A stretch of DNA of 64,000 bases from a bacterium (lineage in GTDB: Bacteria; Fidelibacterota; Fidelibacteria; Fidelibacterales; Fidelibacteraceae), in assembly GCA_963676395.1 (NCBI GenBank), contig OY781066.1, positions 1,408,001 to 1,472,000 on the forward strand. Reading direction: 5' to 3'. Positions within the stretch are counted from its first letter, which is position 1, and the number at the start of each line of letters is the position of its first letter. Shown in pieces: positions 9,948-20,591 of the stretch. Made by a program: the position numbers and the translations under genes. The notes under the pieces were generated by a model. It did no database searches, was not told the origin of the DNA, and was given only the letters and a program-made list of their open reading frames with translations.

Positions 9948-11174
9948 ATGAAGATCAAGTCAATTTTGATCTGTATGGCGATTCTTAGCATTGCATTTTT
10001 AAGCGCAGAGACGCTTTCGCTTGAAGAGTGCATTGATATTGCAAGAACAAACAACCCCAGTATACAAAATACTGACCTGAATTCTCAAATTGGGAAATCA
10101 AAGGTTCGTCAGGCTTATTCAGCGGTTTTGCCGTCTGTATCGGTAAACTCAGGGTTGTCTTCCAGCAGTCAAACAAGCTGGGATTTAGGTAAAAGTGTAG
10201 GCTTGAGTGCCGGGATGACATTTTATGCGCCCGGGATGTACTCAGGTATTAAATCGGCCAATCTAAATTCAAAAGCCAATAAGTTGAGTGCCGTTGATAA
10301 TCGCAATGATGTCGTATCACAAGTATCAGGGCTCTATTATCAAATATTAAGTACACGTAGACTAATTGAAGTATATGAGGGCAATATTGCGGTTGCCGAA
10401 GAAAGTCTTAAGAAGACACGTTCAATGTATGAAGAGCATGTGATCACAGAATCTGATGTATTAAAATCAGAAGCACAGAAAGGTGATTTTGAATCACAAC
10501 TTCTAGGGCAAAAACAACTATATACATCATATCTTCGTTCAATGAATTTGCTATTGGGTCGTTCAGCATTGTCGGATTTAGATGTGGTTGATGTGGATGT
10601 TGAAAATATTTCGGTACCCGAATACAAAAATGCTCGTGAGATCATGATGAATGATAACCCGGCCTATGGCGCAGCTCAGCTTCGAGAAAAGATGTCCAAA
10701 ACTATGGTAAATGCCGCTAAAGAATCTTTTCTTCCCTCAATTAATGGTGGGTATTCTTATGCGAACACTATGGAAGCCGGGATCGATCCTGTAAACTCTG
10801 TGTCTTTATCGGCATCCTGGACTTTGTTTAATGGACTTTCAAGAAAAGAGAATCTGTATCAAAGTAAGCTCCAGCATAAGCAGGCAGAGATCAATGTTGA
10901 TAACACAGTACGTTTATTAGATCAAGCGTTGGGTAATCTTTATACACAACTTGAAACATACACCAGTATGATTGAGATCAATGAACGGCGTTTGGTTTCC
11001 GCAAAGCGTGATTTTGATATCGTGCAACAGCAGTATGAACTGGGAAAAAGTACCATTCTTGATAGAATGACTGCTCAGTTAAGTGTATTAAGTGCAGAAA
11101 GCACGCTTGTGGAAGCAAAATATTCGCGAAAAGCGGTTGAAGCCGAAATTTTAAAATTAATCAACAAAATATAG
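9948..11174 (+). CDS. TolC family outer membrane efflux protein
   Basis: Signal peptide, LSLEECIDIARTNNP, two OEP halves, YELGKST; precedes the adaptor gene. Confidence 0.9.
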   Translation: MKIKSILICMAILSIAFLSAETLSLEECIDIARTNNPSIQNTDLNSQIGKSKVRQAYSAVLPSVSVNSGLSSSSQTSWDLGKSVGLSAGMTFYAPGMYSGIKSANLNSKANKLSAVDNRNDVVSQVSGLYYQILSTRRLIEVYEGNIAVAEESLKKTRSMYEEHVITESDVLKSEAQKGDFESQLLGQKQLYTSYLRSMNLLLGRSALSDLDVVDVDVENISVPEYKNAREIMMNDNPAYGAAQLREKMSKTMVNAAKESFLPSINGGYSYANTMEAGIDPVNSVSLSASWTLFNGLSRKENLYQSKLQHKQAEINVDNTVRLLDQALGNLYTQLETYTSMIEINERRLVSAKRDFDIVQQQYELGKSTILDRMTAQLSVLSAESTLVEAKYSRKAVEAEILKLINKI

Positions 11175-11184
11175 GATAATAGAG

Positions 11185-12378
11185 ATGAAAAAAACGCTTA
11201 TCATTATTTCAGCTGTTGTTGTATTGGCGGTATTTATGTTCTTTACAATGAAACAGGATAATAAAAAAACCGTTCCGGTGCAGATGGAAAAAGTCCGTTT
11301 ACACACGGTTGAATCAAAAGTATACGCAGCGGGTTATGTGCAACCGGTTGTAAAAGTTAACATTTCTGCAAATGTTGCCGGTGAGATCGTTTCTTTGAAC
11401 GTAAAAGAGGGACAGAAGGTCAAAAAAGGACAACTTCTTGCACAGCTGGATAAGGTTCGGTATGCCGCTGCGGTTGATCAGTCTAAATCACTTTATAAAT
11501 CTGCCAAATCAGCCAAAGACGTTGCAGAAAAAGAGTTTAAACGCGTAAAAAAATTATATAAAAATAATAATTACAGTGAATCTCAATATGATCAGGCAAA
11601 GGCCGCGTATGAACAAGCTGCTGCCGGACTTGAACAGGCAAAAGCGGGTTTGGAGCAATCTGAAGATAACTTGAGAAAAACAACACTTGTTGCTCCGATT
11701 GATGGAACTGTTATCGGTCTTCAGAAAGAACAAGGTGAAATGGCTTTGGGTTCAACGTTCTCTGCTGATATTGTGATGACAATTGCAGATTTGAGCGGTA
11801 TGGAAGTGGAAGTGGATGTAAATGAGAACGATATTGTTAAGGTTGAGCTTGGTGATTCTGTAGATATTGAGATCGATGCTTTAGCAGAGAAGACATTTAA
11901 TGGTGTTGTGACTGAAATATCACAATTGGCTACAACTATGGGCGCCGGAACTCAGAATGCGATCACGAACTTCAAAGTAACCGTAAAAATGTTAAACAAT
12001 CCTCCCGAGATACGCTCCGGTATGAATGCAACCGTTGAGATCCTTACAGATAAAGAAGTTGATGTTGTTGCAATTCCTATTCGTTCGGTCACCGTTCGTC
12101 CGGCTGACAAAGTTAGAAAATCTGAACCGGGTAAAATGGGTGAATTAGGTAAACCCGAGCTTTTGGAAGTTGCATTCGTTGTTGAAGAAGACACGGTAAG
12201 AGCTGTTCCTTTGGAAATAGGAATTAACTCAGAAGATTATTTTGCCATTACCAGCGGATTAGATACATCCATGACCATTGTAACGGGAAATCATCAGGCT
12301 TTGACTTTCGATCTTCAGAACGGTACTGCCGTAATGGACGTGAAGGATGCCAAAAAAAAGGCTAAAAATAAACGGTAA
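11185..12378 (+). CDS. Periplasmic adaptor subunit (MacA/HlyD family)
   Basis: N-terminal TM, VKEGQKVKKGQLL, APIDG, VNENDI, GMNATVEI. Confidence 0.93.
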   Translation: MKKTLIIISAVVVLAVFMFFTMKQDNKKTVPVQMEKVRLHTVESKVYAAGYVQPVVKVNISANVAGEIVSLNVKEGQKVKKGQLLAQLDKVRYAAAVDQSKSLYKSAKSAKDVAEKEFKRVKKLYKNNNYSESQYDQAKAAYEQAAAGLEQAKAGLEQSEDNLRKTTLVAPIDGTVIGLQKEQGEMALGSTFSADIVMTIADLSGMEVEVDVNENDIVKVELGDSVDIEIDALAEKTFNGVVTEISQLATTMGAGTQNAITNFKVTVKMLNNPPEIRSGMNATVEILTDKEVDVVAIPIRSVTVRPADKVRKSEPGKMGELGKPELLEVAFVVEEDTVRAVPLEIGINSEDYFAITSGLDTSMTIVTGNHQALTFDLQNGTAVMDVKDAKKKAKNKR

Positions 12379-12396
12379 AGAGCAAAAGGACAGATC

Positions 12397-13104
12397 ATGT
12401 CATTATTAAAACTAAGAAATATCTACCGTATATATCAGATCGGTGACATTGAGGTGCGAGCTTTGAATGGTGTCGATGTGGACGTGGAAAAAAATGAGTA
12501 TCTTTCTATTATGGGTCCTTCCGGAAGTGGTAAATCAACCCTGATGAACATTATCGGCTGTCTTGATACGCCATCAAAAGGTAGCTATGAATTGGATGGC
12601 ACTGCGATCCATCAGGAAGTGAAAGAAGGTGATGGGATCGCAACCGATAATCAATTGGCTGTCATTCGAAATGAAAAGATCGGGTTTGTATTTCAAACCT
12701 TCAATCTTTTGCCAAGAATGAGTGCACTGCATAATGTTGAGCTTCCGCTTATATATGGTGGTGTCCCCCGAAATGAAAGAATAGAGCGAGCACAGCAGGC
12801 GCTTGAACGCGTTCAGTTAGCTGATCGTATGCATCATAAGCCAAATGAATTGTCAGGTGGTCAGCGACAGCGTGTAGCCGTTGCAAGAGCTTTGGTAAAC
12901 AATCCCTCCATTATTCTTGCTGATGAGCCAACCGGAAACCTTGATTCTAAAACTTCCCATGACATTATGGATTTGTTGGACAATCTTCATGAACAGGGAA
13001 ATACTATTATTCTTGTAACACATGAAAATGATATTGCCGAACGAGCACATCGTGTGATCCATATGTTAGATGGTAAGATAAACGAAGATAATAAAAAGAA
13101 GTAG
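12397..13104 (+). CDS. ABC ATP-binding protein, MacB/LolD type
   Basis: [30 protein letters not shown]. Confidence 0.95.
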   Translation: MSLLKLRNIYRIYQIGDIEVRALNGVDVDVEKNEYLSIMGPSGSGKSTLMNIIGCLDTPSKGSYELDGTAIHQEVKEGDGIATDNQLAVIRNEKIGFVFQTFNLLPRMSALHNVELPLIYGGVPRNERIERAQQALERVQLADRMHHKPNELSGGQRQRVAVARALVNNPSIILADEPTGNLDSKTSHDIMDLLDNLHEQGNTIILVTHENDIAERAHRVIHMLDGKINEDNKKK

Positions 13105-13107
13105 GCT

Positions 13108-14331
13108 ATGTTTAAGCAATTATACAGTAGTGTTGTCATTGGATTCAAGGCGGTTTTTCAAAACAAAGGCCGGGCTTTGTTGACCATGCTTGGAATCATC
13201 ATCGGTATCTTATCGGTTTCACTTATGGGAACGGCTATCAATGGTATTGACAATGTATTTGATGATACACTGGGCATGTTTGGCGATGATGTTCTTTATG
13301 TGCAGCAATTTCCTTGGTTTATGGGCAATGCCGAATGGTGGGAATTCCGGAACAGACCTCGAATTAAAGAGGAGTATGCCGAAAAGATCTCCGAAAGAGC
13401 AAAGTCCATAACCTATGCCAGTCCTGAAACCAACCGGCGCGTAAGTTTATCTTATAGGGATAATACCAGCGAAGGTGTTGATTTAAGCGGGCGTGGTTGG
13501 CAGTCGGCATATATTGATGTTGCAAAGATCCAGAGCGGTCGATATTTCACTCAGCTTGAAGACAAAAGTGCGGCACGCGTAATTTTGATTGGTTCTGAAG
13601 TTCAAAAAGTACTTTTTCCAAATATTCAAGATCCTTGTGGCTTATATATTAAGGTCAATGGTTTAAAGTTTAGGGTGATCGGAGTTTTTGCCGAACAAGG
13701 CAAAGTTATGGGTCTTTTTAGTGTTGATAATATGGCTGTGATCCCGTTTCAAACCATGAAATCCGTTTTCGGTAGAGCTTGGTGGGTTTCGATATCTCTT
13801 AAGTTGACTGAAGGTGTGGATAAAAACTATGCCTTAGAAGAAGTTCGATCAATTACTCGTGGTTTAAGAGGTTTACGACCTCTGGATAAAGATAATTTTG
13901 CCATTAATCAGCAAGAGGCTATGGAAGATGAATTGGGTAAGATCAAATCTAGTATTTCCATTGTAGGTATTGGTATTGCTGCTTTATCTCTGCTTGTTGG
14001 TGGTATCGGCATTATGAATATTATGTTCGTTAGCGTAAAAGAACGGACCAAAGAGATAGGCATCCGAAAAGCTCTAGGCGCCAAGCGTTGGGTGATCATG
14101 ATCCAATTCTTGTTTGAGGCGATTATTATTGCCATGATTGGAGGTGTTATTGGTCTTGGCCTCACCTCGCTTCTTGTAGGGGTGGTTAATAAATTCTTTG
14201 TTGCATCAATGTCCCTTGGATTGGTAATGACAGCTTTAGGTGTTTCCATTAGCGTGGGTATTATTTCGGGTATTGTACCGGCAAGTCAGGCAGCTAAATT
14301 AGATCCCATCGAGGCAATGAGATACGAATAA
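13108..14331 (+). CDS. MacB/FtsX-type ABC permease
   Basis: LTMLGIIIG, large periplasmic domain, GGIGIMNIM.VSV.ERTKEIGIRKALGA, LDPIEAMRYE. Confidence 0.93.
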   Translation: MFKQLYSSVVIGFKAVFQNKGRALLTMLGIIIGILSVSLMGTAINGIDNVFDDTLGMFGDDVLYVQQFPWFMGNAEWWEFRNRPRIKEEYAEKISERAKSITYASPETNRRVSLSYRDNTSEGVDLSGRGWQSAYIDVAKIQSGRYFTQLEDKSAARVILIGSEVQKVLFPNIQDPCGLYIKVNGLKFRVIGVFAEQGKVMGLFSVDNMAVIPFQTMKSVFGRAWWVSISLKLTEGVDKNYALEEVRSITRGLRGLRPLDKDNFAINQQEAMEDELGKIKSSISIVGIGIAALSLLVGGIGIMNIMFVSVKERTKEIGIRKALGAKRWVIMIQFLFEAIIIAMIGGVIGLGLTSLLVGVVNKFFVASMSLGLVMTALGVSISVGIISGIVPASQAAKLDPIEAMRYE

Positions 14332-14340
14332 GGAATTGAA

Positions 14341-15570
14341 ATGAATTTTAAAGAAATATGGCGTTCGGCACGTACTTCAATACGGCAAAATAAACTTCGA
14401 TCATTTCTCACATTACTTGGGGTTGTGATTGGTATATTCTCGATCATTGGTGTTATGACAGCGATCAATGTATTGCAGCAAAGTATTGAGGACAATATAA
14501 ATGGGTTGGGCGCCGGCACATTTCAAATTCAGAAATATCCCAATATGAATATGGGAAATAGTAATTGGAAATATCACAATCGCAAGAATTTGGATTATCG
14601 TGATTTTAAACGATTGAAAGAAAAGTTGACAATCGTGGATTATGCAACAGCGGAAGACTGGAATTGGAATAAAACCATCCGCTATAAAGATAAAGAAACT
14701 AAACCTAATATGGTTGTTGCGGGTATTACGCATAACTGGGAATTTACAAATAACCTTATGGTGGATCATGGAAGAATGATCTCTGAGATTGATGAAAAGA
14801 ACGCATCGCATGTTGTTGTATTGGGTGCAGACGCAATAGATATCCTGTTTGCAAATATTGATCCGATCGGCAAAGACGTAAAGATTGATGGCATTAAGTA
14901 TCGCGTTATCGGTGTTGCCGAAAGGCGTGGCGAACGCTATGGGGATTCAATGGATAATAGAGCATATATGCCGTTGACCACTTATTTTAAATACTATGGT
15001 AAAGCAAGTTTTACATCTTTAAATTATTGTTTTACGGTATTGGATCAAGATCAATTTGATGAAGGTATGCGTGAGGTTATTCACGAGCTTCGATTGATCA
15101 GAGGTGATAAGCCCGGTGATGAAAATAGTTTTGAAACATGGACAAATGCATCTTTATTAGATAGTTTTAATAAAATGACAAGTGCTGTGAAAATTGCGGC
15201 TATGATTATTGCCTCCATTGCTCTTCTTGCATCGGGTATTGGAATAATGAATATTATGCTTGTGACGGTCTCAGAAAGGACACGAGAGATCGGTGTGAGA
15301 AAAAGCATGGGTGCAAAACGCAAAGATGTATTGTTTCAGTTTATGTTCGAAGCATTGATTTTAACCGAGATCGGAGGTGTGATCGGTATCGTGCTGGGAA
15401 TCGCTGCCGGAAATATCGTGGCGTTAATTTCCGATATGTCTTTTGTGTTTCCCTGGGACTGGGCAATTATTGGTATTGTAGTGTGTTCGGCGATCGCATT
15501 GATCTTCGGATCATACCCCGCCTATAAAGCAGCATCTTTAGATCCGATAGAGGCATTGAGGTATGAATAA
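14341..15570 (+). CDS. MacB/FtsX-type ABC permease (paralog 2)
   Basis: RSFLTLLG, GIGIMNIML...ERTREIGVRKS.GA, LDPIEALRYE. Confidence 0.93.
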   Translation: MNFKEIWRSARTSIRQNKLRSFLTLLGVVIGIFSIIGVMTAINVLQQSIEDNINGLGAGTFQIQKYPNMNMGNSNWKYHNRKNLDYRDFKRLKEKLTIVDYATAEDWNWNKTIRYKDKETKPNMVVAGITHNWEFTNNLMVDHGRMISEIDEKNASHVVVLGADAIDILFANIDPIGKDVKIDGIKYRVIGVAERRGERYGDSMDNRAYMPLTTYFKYYGKASFTSLNYCFTVLDQDQFDEGMREVIHELRLIRGDKPGDENSFETWTNASLLDSFNKMTSAVKIAAMIIASIALLASGIGIMNIMLVTVSERTREIGVRKSMGAKRKDVLFQFMFEALILTEIGGVIGIVLGIAAGNIVALISDMSFVFPWDWAIIGIVVCSAIALIFGSYPAYKAASLDPIEALRYE

Positions 15571-15580
15571 GGGATAGTAC

Positions 15581-16810
15581 ATGAATTTTAATGAAATTTG
15601 GCGATCGGCAGTTGATTCGATCAAACAAAATAAACTACGGTCATTTTTGACCCTGCTAGGTGTGGTCATTGGTATCTTCTCCATTATTGGAGTGATGACG
15701 GCGATTAATGTTCTTCAGCAAACCGTAGAGGATAATATGGGTGGTTTGGGTACTGGTACTTTTCAAGTTCAGAAATATCCAAGCATGAATATGGGGAATA
15801 GACGTTGGCAATATTACAATAGAAAAAATTTGAACTACAGAGATTTTAAACGTCTTTCAGAGCGTTTGAAAATTGTTGATTATGCCACAGCCGAAGATGC
15901 AAATTATGGAAAGATCGTTAAGTATAAAGATAAAGAGACCAAACCTAATATTGTTGTTATCGGTGTCACTCATAACTGGGAATTTACAAATAACTTAAAG
16001 ATCGATATGGGAAGAATGATCACACAAATCGATGAAAAGAATGGTTCTCATGTTATCGTGTTGGGCTATGATGTTGTTGATGTGCTTTTTCCTAATCGTA
16101 ATCCCGTGGGAGAAAATGTAAAGATAGATGGTGTGAAATATCGAGTGATAGGTGTTTCCGAAAGAAAGGGTCAACAGTTTGGACAATCTCAGGATAATCG
16201 AACGGTCATTCCATTAACAACTTATTTTAAATATTATGGTAAGGCTAGCTATACCTCTCTAAACTACTGTTTTACAGTCGTTGACCAAGATCAATTCGAG
16301 GAAGGTAGGCAAGAAGTCATTAATGAATTACGTTTAATTCGCGGTGATGAATTTGGTCAGGAGAATAGCTTTGAAATATGGACCAATGCTTCTTTGATTG
16401 ATAATTTCAATATGATGACAGCGGCTATTAAAATAGCGGCGGCTATTATTGCTTCGATAGCTCTCTTGGCATCGGGTATAGGCATTATGAATATTATGCT
16501 GGTCACGGTTAGCGAAAGAACACGTGAAATAGGTGTAAGAAAAAGTCTTGGTGCAAAACGAAGAGATATACTTCTACAGTTTATGATCGAAGCCATGATT
16601 CTTACCGAAATGGGAGGTGTGATCGGTATTGCATTCGGTGTGTTGGCCGGTAATATTGTTGCATTGATGCTGAAGATCTCAGTGGTTTTTCCCTGGGATT
16701 GGACAATTATCGGTATTGTCGTTTGTTCGGCTATTGCTTTGATCTTTGGATCTTATCCTGCTTATAAAGCAGCAAAACTTGACCCAATTGAAGCACTAAG
16801 ATATGAATAA
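15581..16810 (+). CDS. MacB/FtsX-type ABC permease (paralog 3, close duplicate of paralog 2)
   Basis: Same 409 aa length and colinear with 14341..15570. Confidence 0.93.
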   Translation: MNFNEIWRSAVDSIKQNKLRSFLTLLGVVIGIFSIIGVMTAINVLQQTVEDNMGGLGTGTFQVQKYPSMNMGNRRWQYYNRKNLNYRDFKRLSERLKIVDYATAEDANYGKIVKYKDKETKPNIVVIGVTHNWEFTNNLKIDMGRMITQIDEKNGSHVIVLGYDVVDVLFPNRNPVGENVKIDGVKYRVIGVSERKGQQFGQSQDNRTVIPLTTYFKYYGKASYTSLNYCFTVVDQDQFEEGRQEVINELRLIRGDEFGQENSFEIWTNASLIDNFNMMTAAIKIAAAIIASIALLASGIGIMNIMLVTVSERTREIGVRKSLGAKRRDILLQFMIEAMILTEMGGVIGIAFGVLAGNIVALMLKISVVFPWDWTIIGIVVCSAIALIFGSYPAYKAAKLDPIEALRYE

Positions 16811-16811
16811 A

Positions 16812-16839
16812 GTACCGACGAAATGCATTGCGTTGACAC
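16812..16839. repeat. Degenerate GTAG-type REP-like element
   Basis: GTACCGACGAAATGCATTGCGTTGACAC shares the GTAxxGACGxAATGC..TTGCGT core with the 20868 copy. Confidence 0.4.
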
Positions 16840-16899
16840 AATATTAAACATTCCTTAAATATTTAGGTTTTGAAAAATTTGTCACCTTTCAGGCAATAG

Positions 16900-16936
16900 G
16901 AAAACCCTTGGCGGAAACGCGGGGGTTTTCTGTTTT
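16900..16936 (+). terminator. Intrinsic terminator of the ABC operon
   Basis: GAAAACCCT..GCG-gaaa-CGC.GGGGTTTTC followed by TGTTTT. Confidence 0.75.
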
Positions 16937-17130
16937 ATAACGTAAAAGAAAAATATAATTGAGAATAAATATAAGATTATGGACATGAATTAATGCTTCA
17001 TTGTGGAGAAAAATCCATGTCTGCTAAAAATTAATATTTTATTAATTTTTTAAAGACGATAAAAAATCGCTTGTAAATGATTCGATAAGAATTTAACTTG
17101 CTGATAATAAATAAAATAGAGGAAATAAAT

Positions 17131-19086
17131 ATGGGTAATTTAAAGAAATATTTTATTTTGTGTATGATCTTTATAATTCCGGCTTTAGCCCAAGAATATG
17201 CTTTTGCTTACATAGAAAATGGCAGCGGAACGAATACGGTTGGAACAACTTGGGTCAATATTGGTGCGGGAGGTGCTCAAGATTTGACATTAGCAATGGC
17301 TTCAACTCACTGGTCTTTAAATACAAATCAACTATTAGCAGCAGACAATCCTGCTGTTGAAGGAGTTTATTGTATTAAGTATTCTCTTAGTTTTAATGCA
17401 GATGCTGCGGATTGGTACATCGGTATTTCAATAGATGGAGCTAATCCCGTGGAACCAGTTTTTATGAGATCTATTGGAAATTCAAGAAAAGATGCGGGGA
17501 ATATTTCGGGTATATTTGTGGCGACAATTTCTCAAGGTCAAACAATAGAATTAGTCGTTAAATCTGATGGTAGTAACAACGACTTTACACCAATATATTC
17601 TCAGCTTTCTGTTTGCCCCGCAGCAATGATGTCTGTAAATAGTTTTGCAGGAATGCATATATCCAACGATGCTACATATAATAATATTGGGACAACGATA
17701 ACTAAAATTACAAATTTTATAGCAGTTCCTGAGATGAATGGCTGGACTTCTAGTGGAGGTGAGCTGACTGCGGGAACGGGTGCAGGTGGCTTGTATTATC
17801 TTTCATATAGTGTCAGCTTTACAGGTGACGGAAATGAAAGCAGTCCGATTGAATATATTTTTGATGTGTTAAAAAATGATAATGAGGGTGTTAGTCATAT
17901 TTTAGCAAATCGCTCAAGCAGCTCATTGGATATTGGTAATATATCTGGAGGCGGTTTGATAAATATTAGTGATGGAGATGTAATTGCTTTGGGAGTTAAA
18001 GCAAATCTAAATAATAATTCATTAATAATTCGTAAAGCTAACATATCTATGTTTAGACTTGGAGACACAACTCCGAATAGTATAGGGGGTATGACTATTA
18101 CATCAGATCAAACTATAACAATTCCCGCACAAAATTCTTGGGTAACTGTAGGTAATTATGGTTTGGAAGCTGCAAATAACTGGTCTTTGGGTTCAAATGT
18201 TTTTACACCGACATCTGCTGACGCAGTTGGATATTATTATCTAGAATATACAACATCACTTACAACAACCAACAGTGGGGGTGATGATATAGAATTAGCT
18301 GTTTTTATTGATGGAGTACAAAGTTCTGAGCTTACAACTTCCCGAAGATTATCAAGTTCATCTGATGTTGGTGCTGATTGTGGAGTAGGCTTGCTAAGCA
18401 TTGAGGATCAAAGTCAATCCATAGAAATTAAAATTCGTAATACAACGAGTGGAAGTAATTTAACGATTAAAAAATCAATGCTGGGATTTTCACAAATTCA
18501 ATTAGGTTTGTCAGAGTTTGCTACAGCTATTAGTCTTGATAAATTTACAGCAAACATGAAACAAAGATATGTGGAATTAACTTGGAGTACAAAATCAGAG
18601 AGTAACAATGCCGCATTTTTGATTTATAGAAATGGAAAACTTATCACATCGATCGAAGGAGCCGGTAATAGCAGTGAAACAAAAGATTATTATTATTTTG
18701 ACAAAACCGTTATTCCGGGGAATACATATACATATGTTTTAGCTGACCTGGATTATGCCAATTATGAAACAAAACATCTATCAAAAAGTCAGACAATCAC
18801 AGTGGACGATAATGTTGTTGAAACGGATTTTCATATTGATTCCGTCTATCCAAATCCTTTTAATCCAATAACTACATGTAGCATTCATGTACATAATAGT
18901 ACTCATGTTAATGTCAGTATTTACGATTCCAAAGCAAACTTGGTTAAGGTCATAAACGATGCTCCCCTAAGTGCGGGAACTCATAATTTAATTTGGAATG
19001 CAGCTGATAATCCATCCGGCATATATTTTATAGTCGTTAGCACGGATAACGCTTATCAGAATCAAAAACTTGTTTTAATAAAATAA
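17131..19086 (+). CDS. Secreted protein with three C1q/BclA-like repeats and a C-terminal sorting (T9SS type A-like) domain
   Basis: Signal peptide; GxYxxxYSxSF-type motif three times; VELTWSTKSESNNAAFLIYR; YPNPFNP...SGIYF...KLVLIK. Start moved to ATG 17131 because of the GAGGA RBS. Confidence 0.75.
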   Translation: MGNLKKYFILCMIFIIPALAQEYAFAYIENGSGTNTVGTTWVNIGAGGAQDLTLAMASTHWSLNTNQLLAADNPAVEGVYCIKYSLSFNADAADWYIGISIDGANPVEPVFMRSIGNSRKDAGNISGIFVATISQGQTIELVVKSDGSNNDFTPIYSQLSVCPAAMMSVNSFAGMHISNDATYNNIGTTITKITNFIAVPEMNGWTSSGGELTAGTGAGGLYYLSYSVSFTGDGNESSPIEYIFDVLKNDNEGVSHILANRSSSSLDIGNISGGGLINISDGDVIALGVKANLNNNSLIIRKANISMFRLGDTTPNSIGGMTITSDQTITIPAQNSWVTVGNYGLEAANNWSLGSNVFTPTSADAVGYYYLEYTTSLTTTNSGGDDIELAVFIDGVQSSELTTSRRLSSSSDVGADCGVGLLSIEDQSQSIEIKIRNTTSGSNLTIKKSMLGFSQIQLGLSEFATAISLDKFTANMKQRYVELTWSTKSESNNAAFLIYRNGKLITSIEGAGNSSETKDYYYFDKTVIPGNTYTYVLADLDYANYETKHLSKSQTITVDDNVVETDFHIDSVYPNPFNPITTCSIHVHNSTHVNVSIYDSKANLVKVINDAPLSAGTHNLIWNAADNPSGIYFIVVSTDNAYQNQKLVLIK

Positions 19087-19102
19087 AACCGGCGAATAAT
19101 AG

Positions 19103-19134
19103 AAACAGCCTTCATGAGATATGAGGGCTGTTTT
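19103..19134. terminator. Probably bidirectional terminator
   Basis: AAACAGCCTTCAT-gagat-ATGAGGGCTGTTTT between convergent genes. Confidence 0.8.
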
Positions 19135-19289
19135 ATTATTTAAGGCTAATTTAAATATTAAGGCTATTGATATCGTATAGATTACAAGATATTGGCAAAC
19201 CATAAACCCCAATCATCTTGTATAGGTTATAATTTTGTCTAAAGATATCCTATTAATCTTGTAATCCTGTTAGAAGAATTTTATCAGGA

Positions 19290-20591
19290 TCAGCCTTTTA
19301 ATCTCAAAAACGCAAGATCTCCCGGGTCATCCGGTAGCCTGATCCAAACATTTCGGGCACCGCCATGAGCGGCTTCGAGTTTACTACCATGTTTATCCAT
19401 AATGGCATCAAGAGTAAAAATCGTATCTTTATCGGGAGTGATCAAGGTGATCTCCTGACCGGGTAAGAAGCGATTTTTGACTTCGATCTCGGCGATGTTC
19501 GATTGAGGGTTGTAATCTTTGATCACACCGCAGACCGATTCACCCAACCCTGCCGAATAACCGTCTTCGCGATTTTCACCCAGCTGGCGAGGATTTCGCA
19601 CATAGAACCCCGAGGTATAAGTACGATTGCTCAAACGCATCAGGTCACGCAGGTTTTCGGGATCGAATGCTTTGCCGGCCAAATGATCATCCAATGCCCG
19701 TTTGTATGAGCGGGATGTGATGGCGGCATAATAAGCCGATTTGGTGCGACCTTCGATCTTTAGACTGCAAACTCCGGCACTAATGATCTGTGGGATCAAT
19801 TCGATGGCACAGAGATCTTTAGAGTTCATGAGATAGGTGCCATGCTCATCTTCGGTAATGGGGAATTTATCATTGGGACGATGATTCTCTTTGACATAAA
19901 ATCCCTCGGATGGTGGAGTGGTGTATTCATAAGTCTCGTGCTTGTTTTCCTGCTCAAGAATGGAACCGTTCTCGAAACCCATTTTGTATTCCCAGCGACA
20001 GGAATTCGTGCAGGTACCTTGATTGGCGTCACGGTTATGGAGATAGTTTGATATTAGGCAACGACCGGAATAAGAAATACAGATGGCACCGTGAACAAAG
20101 GTTTCCAGCTCAATGCCGGGGACGCGATTGTGCATTTCGGCGATCTCGTCAAGACGAAGTTCACGACTCAGAATCGCACGACGCACACCAAGATCATGCC
20201 AGAATTCTACCGAAGCCCAGTTAACCGTGTTGGACTGTGTCGATAAGTGAATAGGCATATCGGGATAGCGCTTTCTTGCAATAGAGATCATTCCGGGGTC
20301 TGCCATGATCAGGGCATCGGGCCCCATGGGAACGACCAAGTCCAGTTCTTTAAGAAAAGCATCCACTTTAAGATTGTGTGGATAAATATTTAATGTCAGG
20401 TAGATCTTTTTGCCGATCGAATGTGCATAATCGATGGCGATCTGTAAATTTTCGGGAGTAAAACCGGCTTCACGCGTTCTGAGTGAAAACTTTGGTATAC
20501 CGGCATATACCGCATCGGCGCCAAAGGCATAGGCGGTCTTGAGTTTGAACATATCTCCCGCGGGAGCGAGTATTTCTGGTGTTTGTTTCAT
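19290..20591 (-). CDS. trhP: Peptidase U32 family protein, probably tRNA hydroxylation protein TrhP (YegQ)
   Basis: PEILAPAG, GADAVY, HLSTQ, HGAICISYSGRCLIS, CTNSCRW, MNSKDL, LKIEGRTKS and a C-terminal U32 domain. Confidence 0.8.
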   Translation of the reverse strand: MKQTPEILAPAGDMFKLKTAYAFGADAVYAGIPKFSLRTREAGFTPENLQIAIDYAHSIGKKIYLTLNIYPHNLKVDAFLKELDLVVPMGPDALIMADPGMISIARKRYPDMPIHLSTQSNTVNWASVEFWHDLGVRRAILSRELRLDEIAEMHNRVPGIELETFVHGAICISYSGRCLISNYLHNRDANQGTCTNSCRWEYKMGFENGSILEQENKHETYEYTTPPSEGFYVKENHRPNDKFPITEDEHGTYLMNSKDLCAIELIPQIISAGVCSLKIEGRTKSAYYAAITSRSYKRALDDHLAGKAFDPENLRDLMRLSNRTYTSGFYVRNPRQLGENREDGYSAGLGESVCGVIKDYNPQSNIAEIEVKNRFLPGQEITLITPDKDTIFTLDAIMDKHGSKLEAAHGGARNVWIRLPDDPGDLAFLRLKG

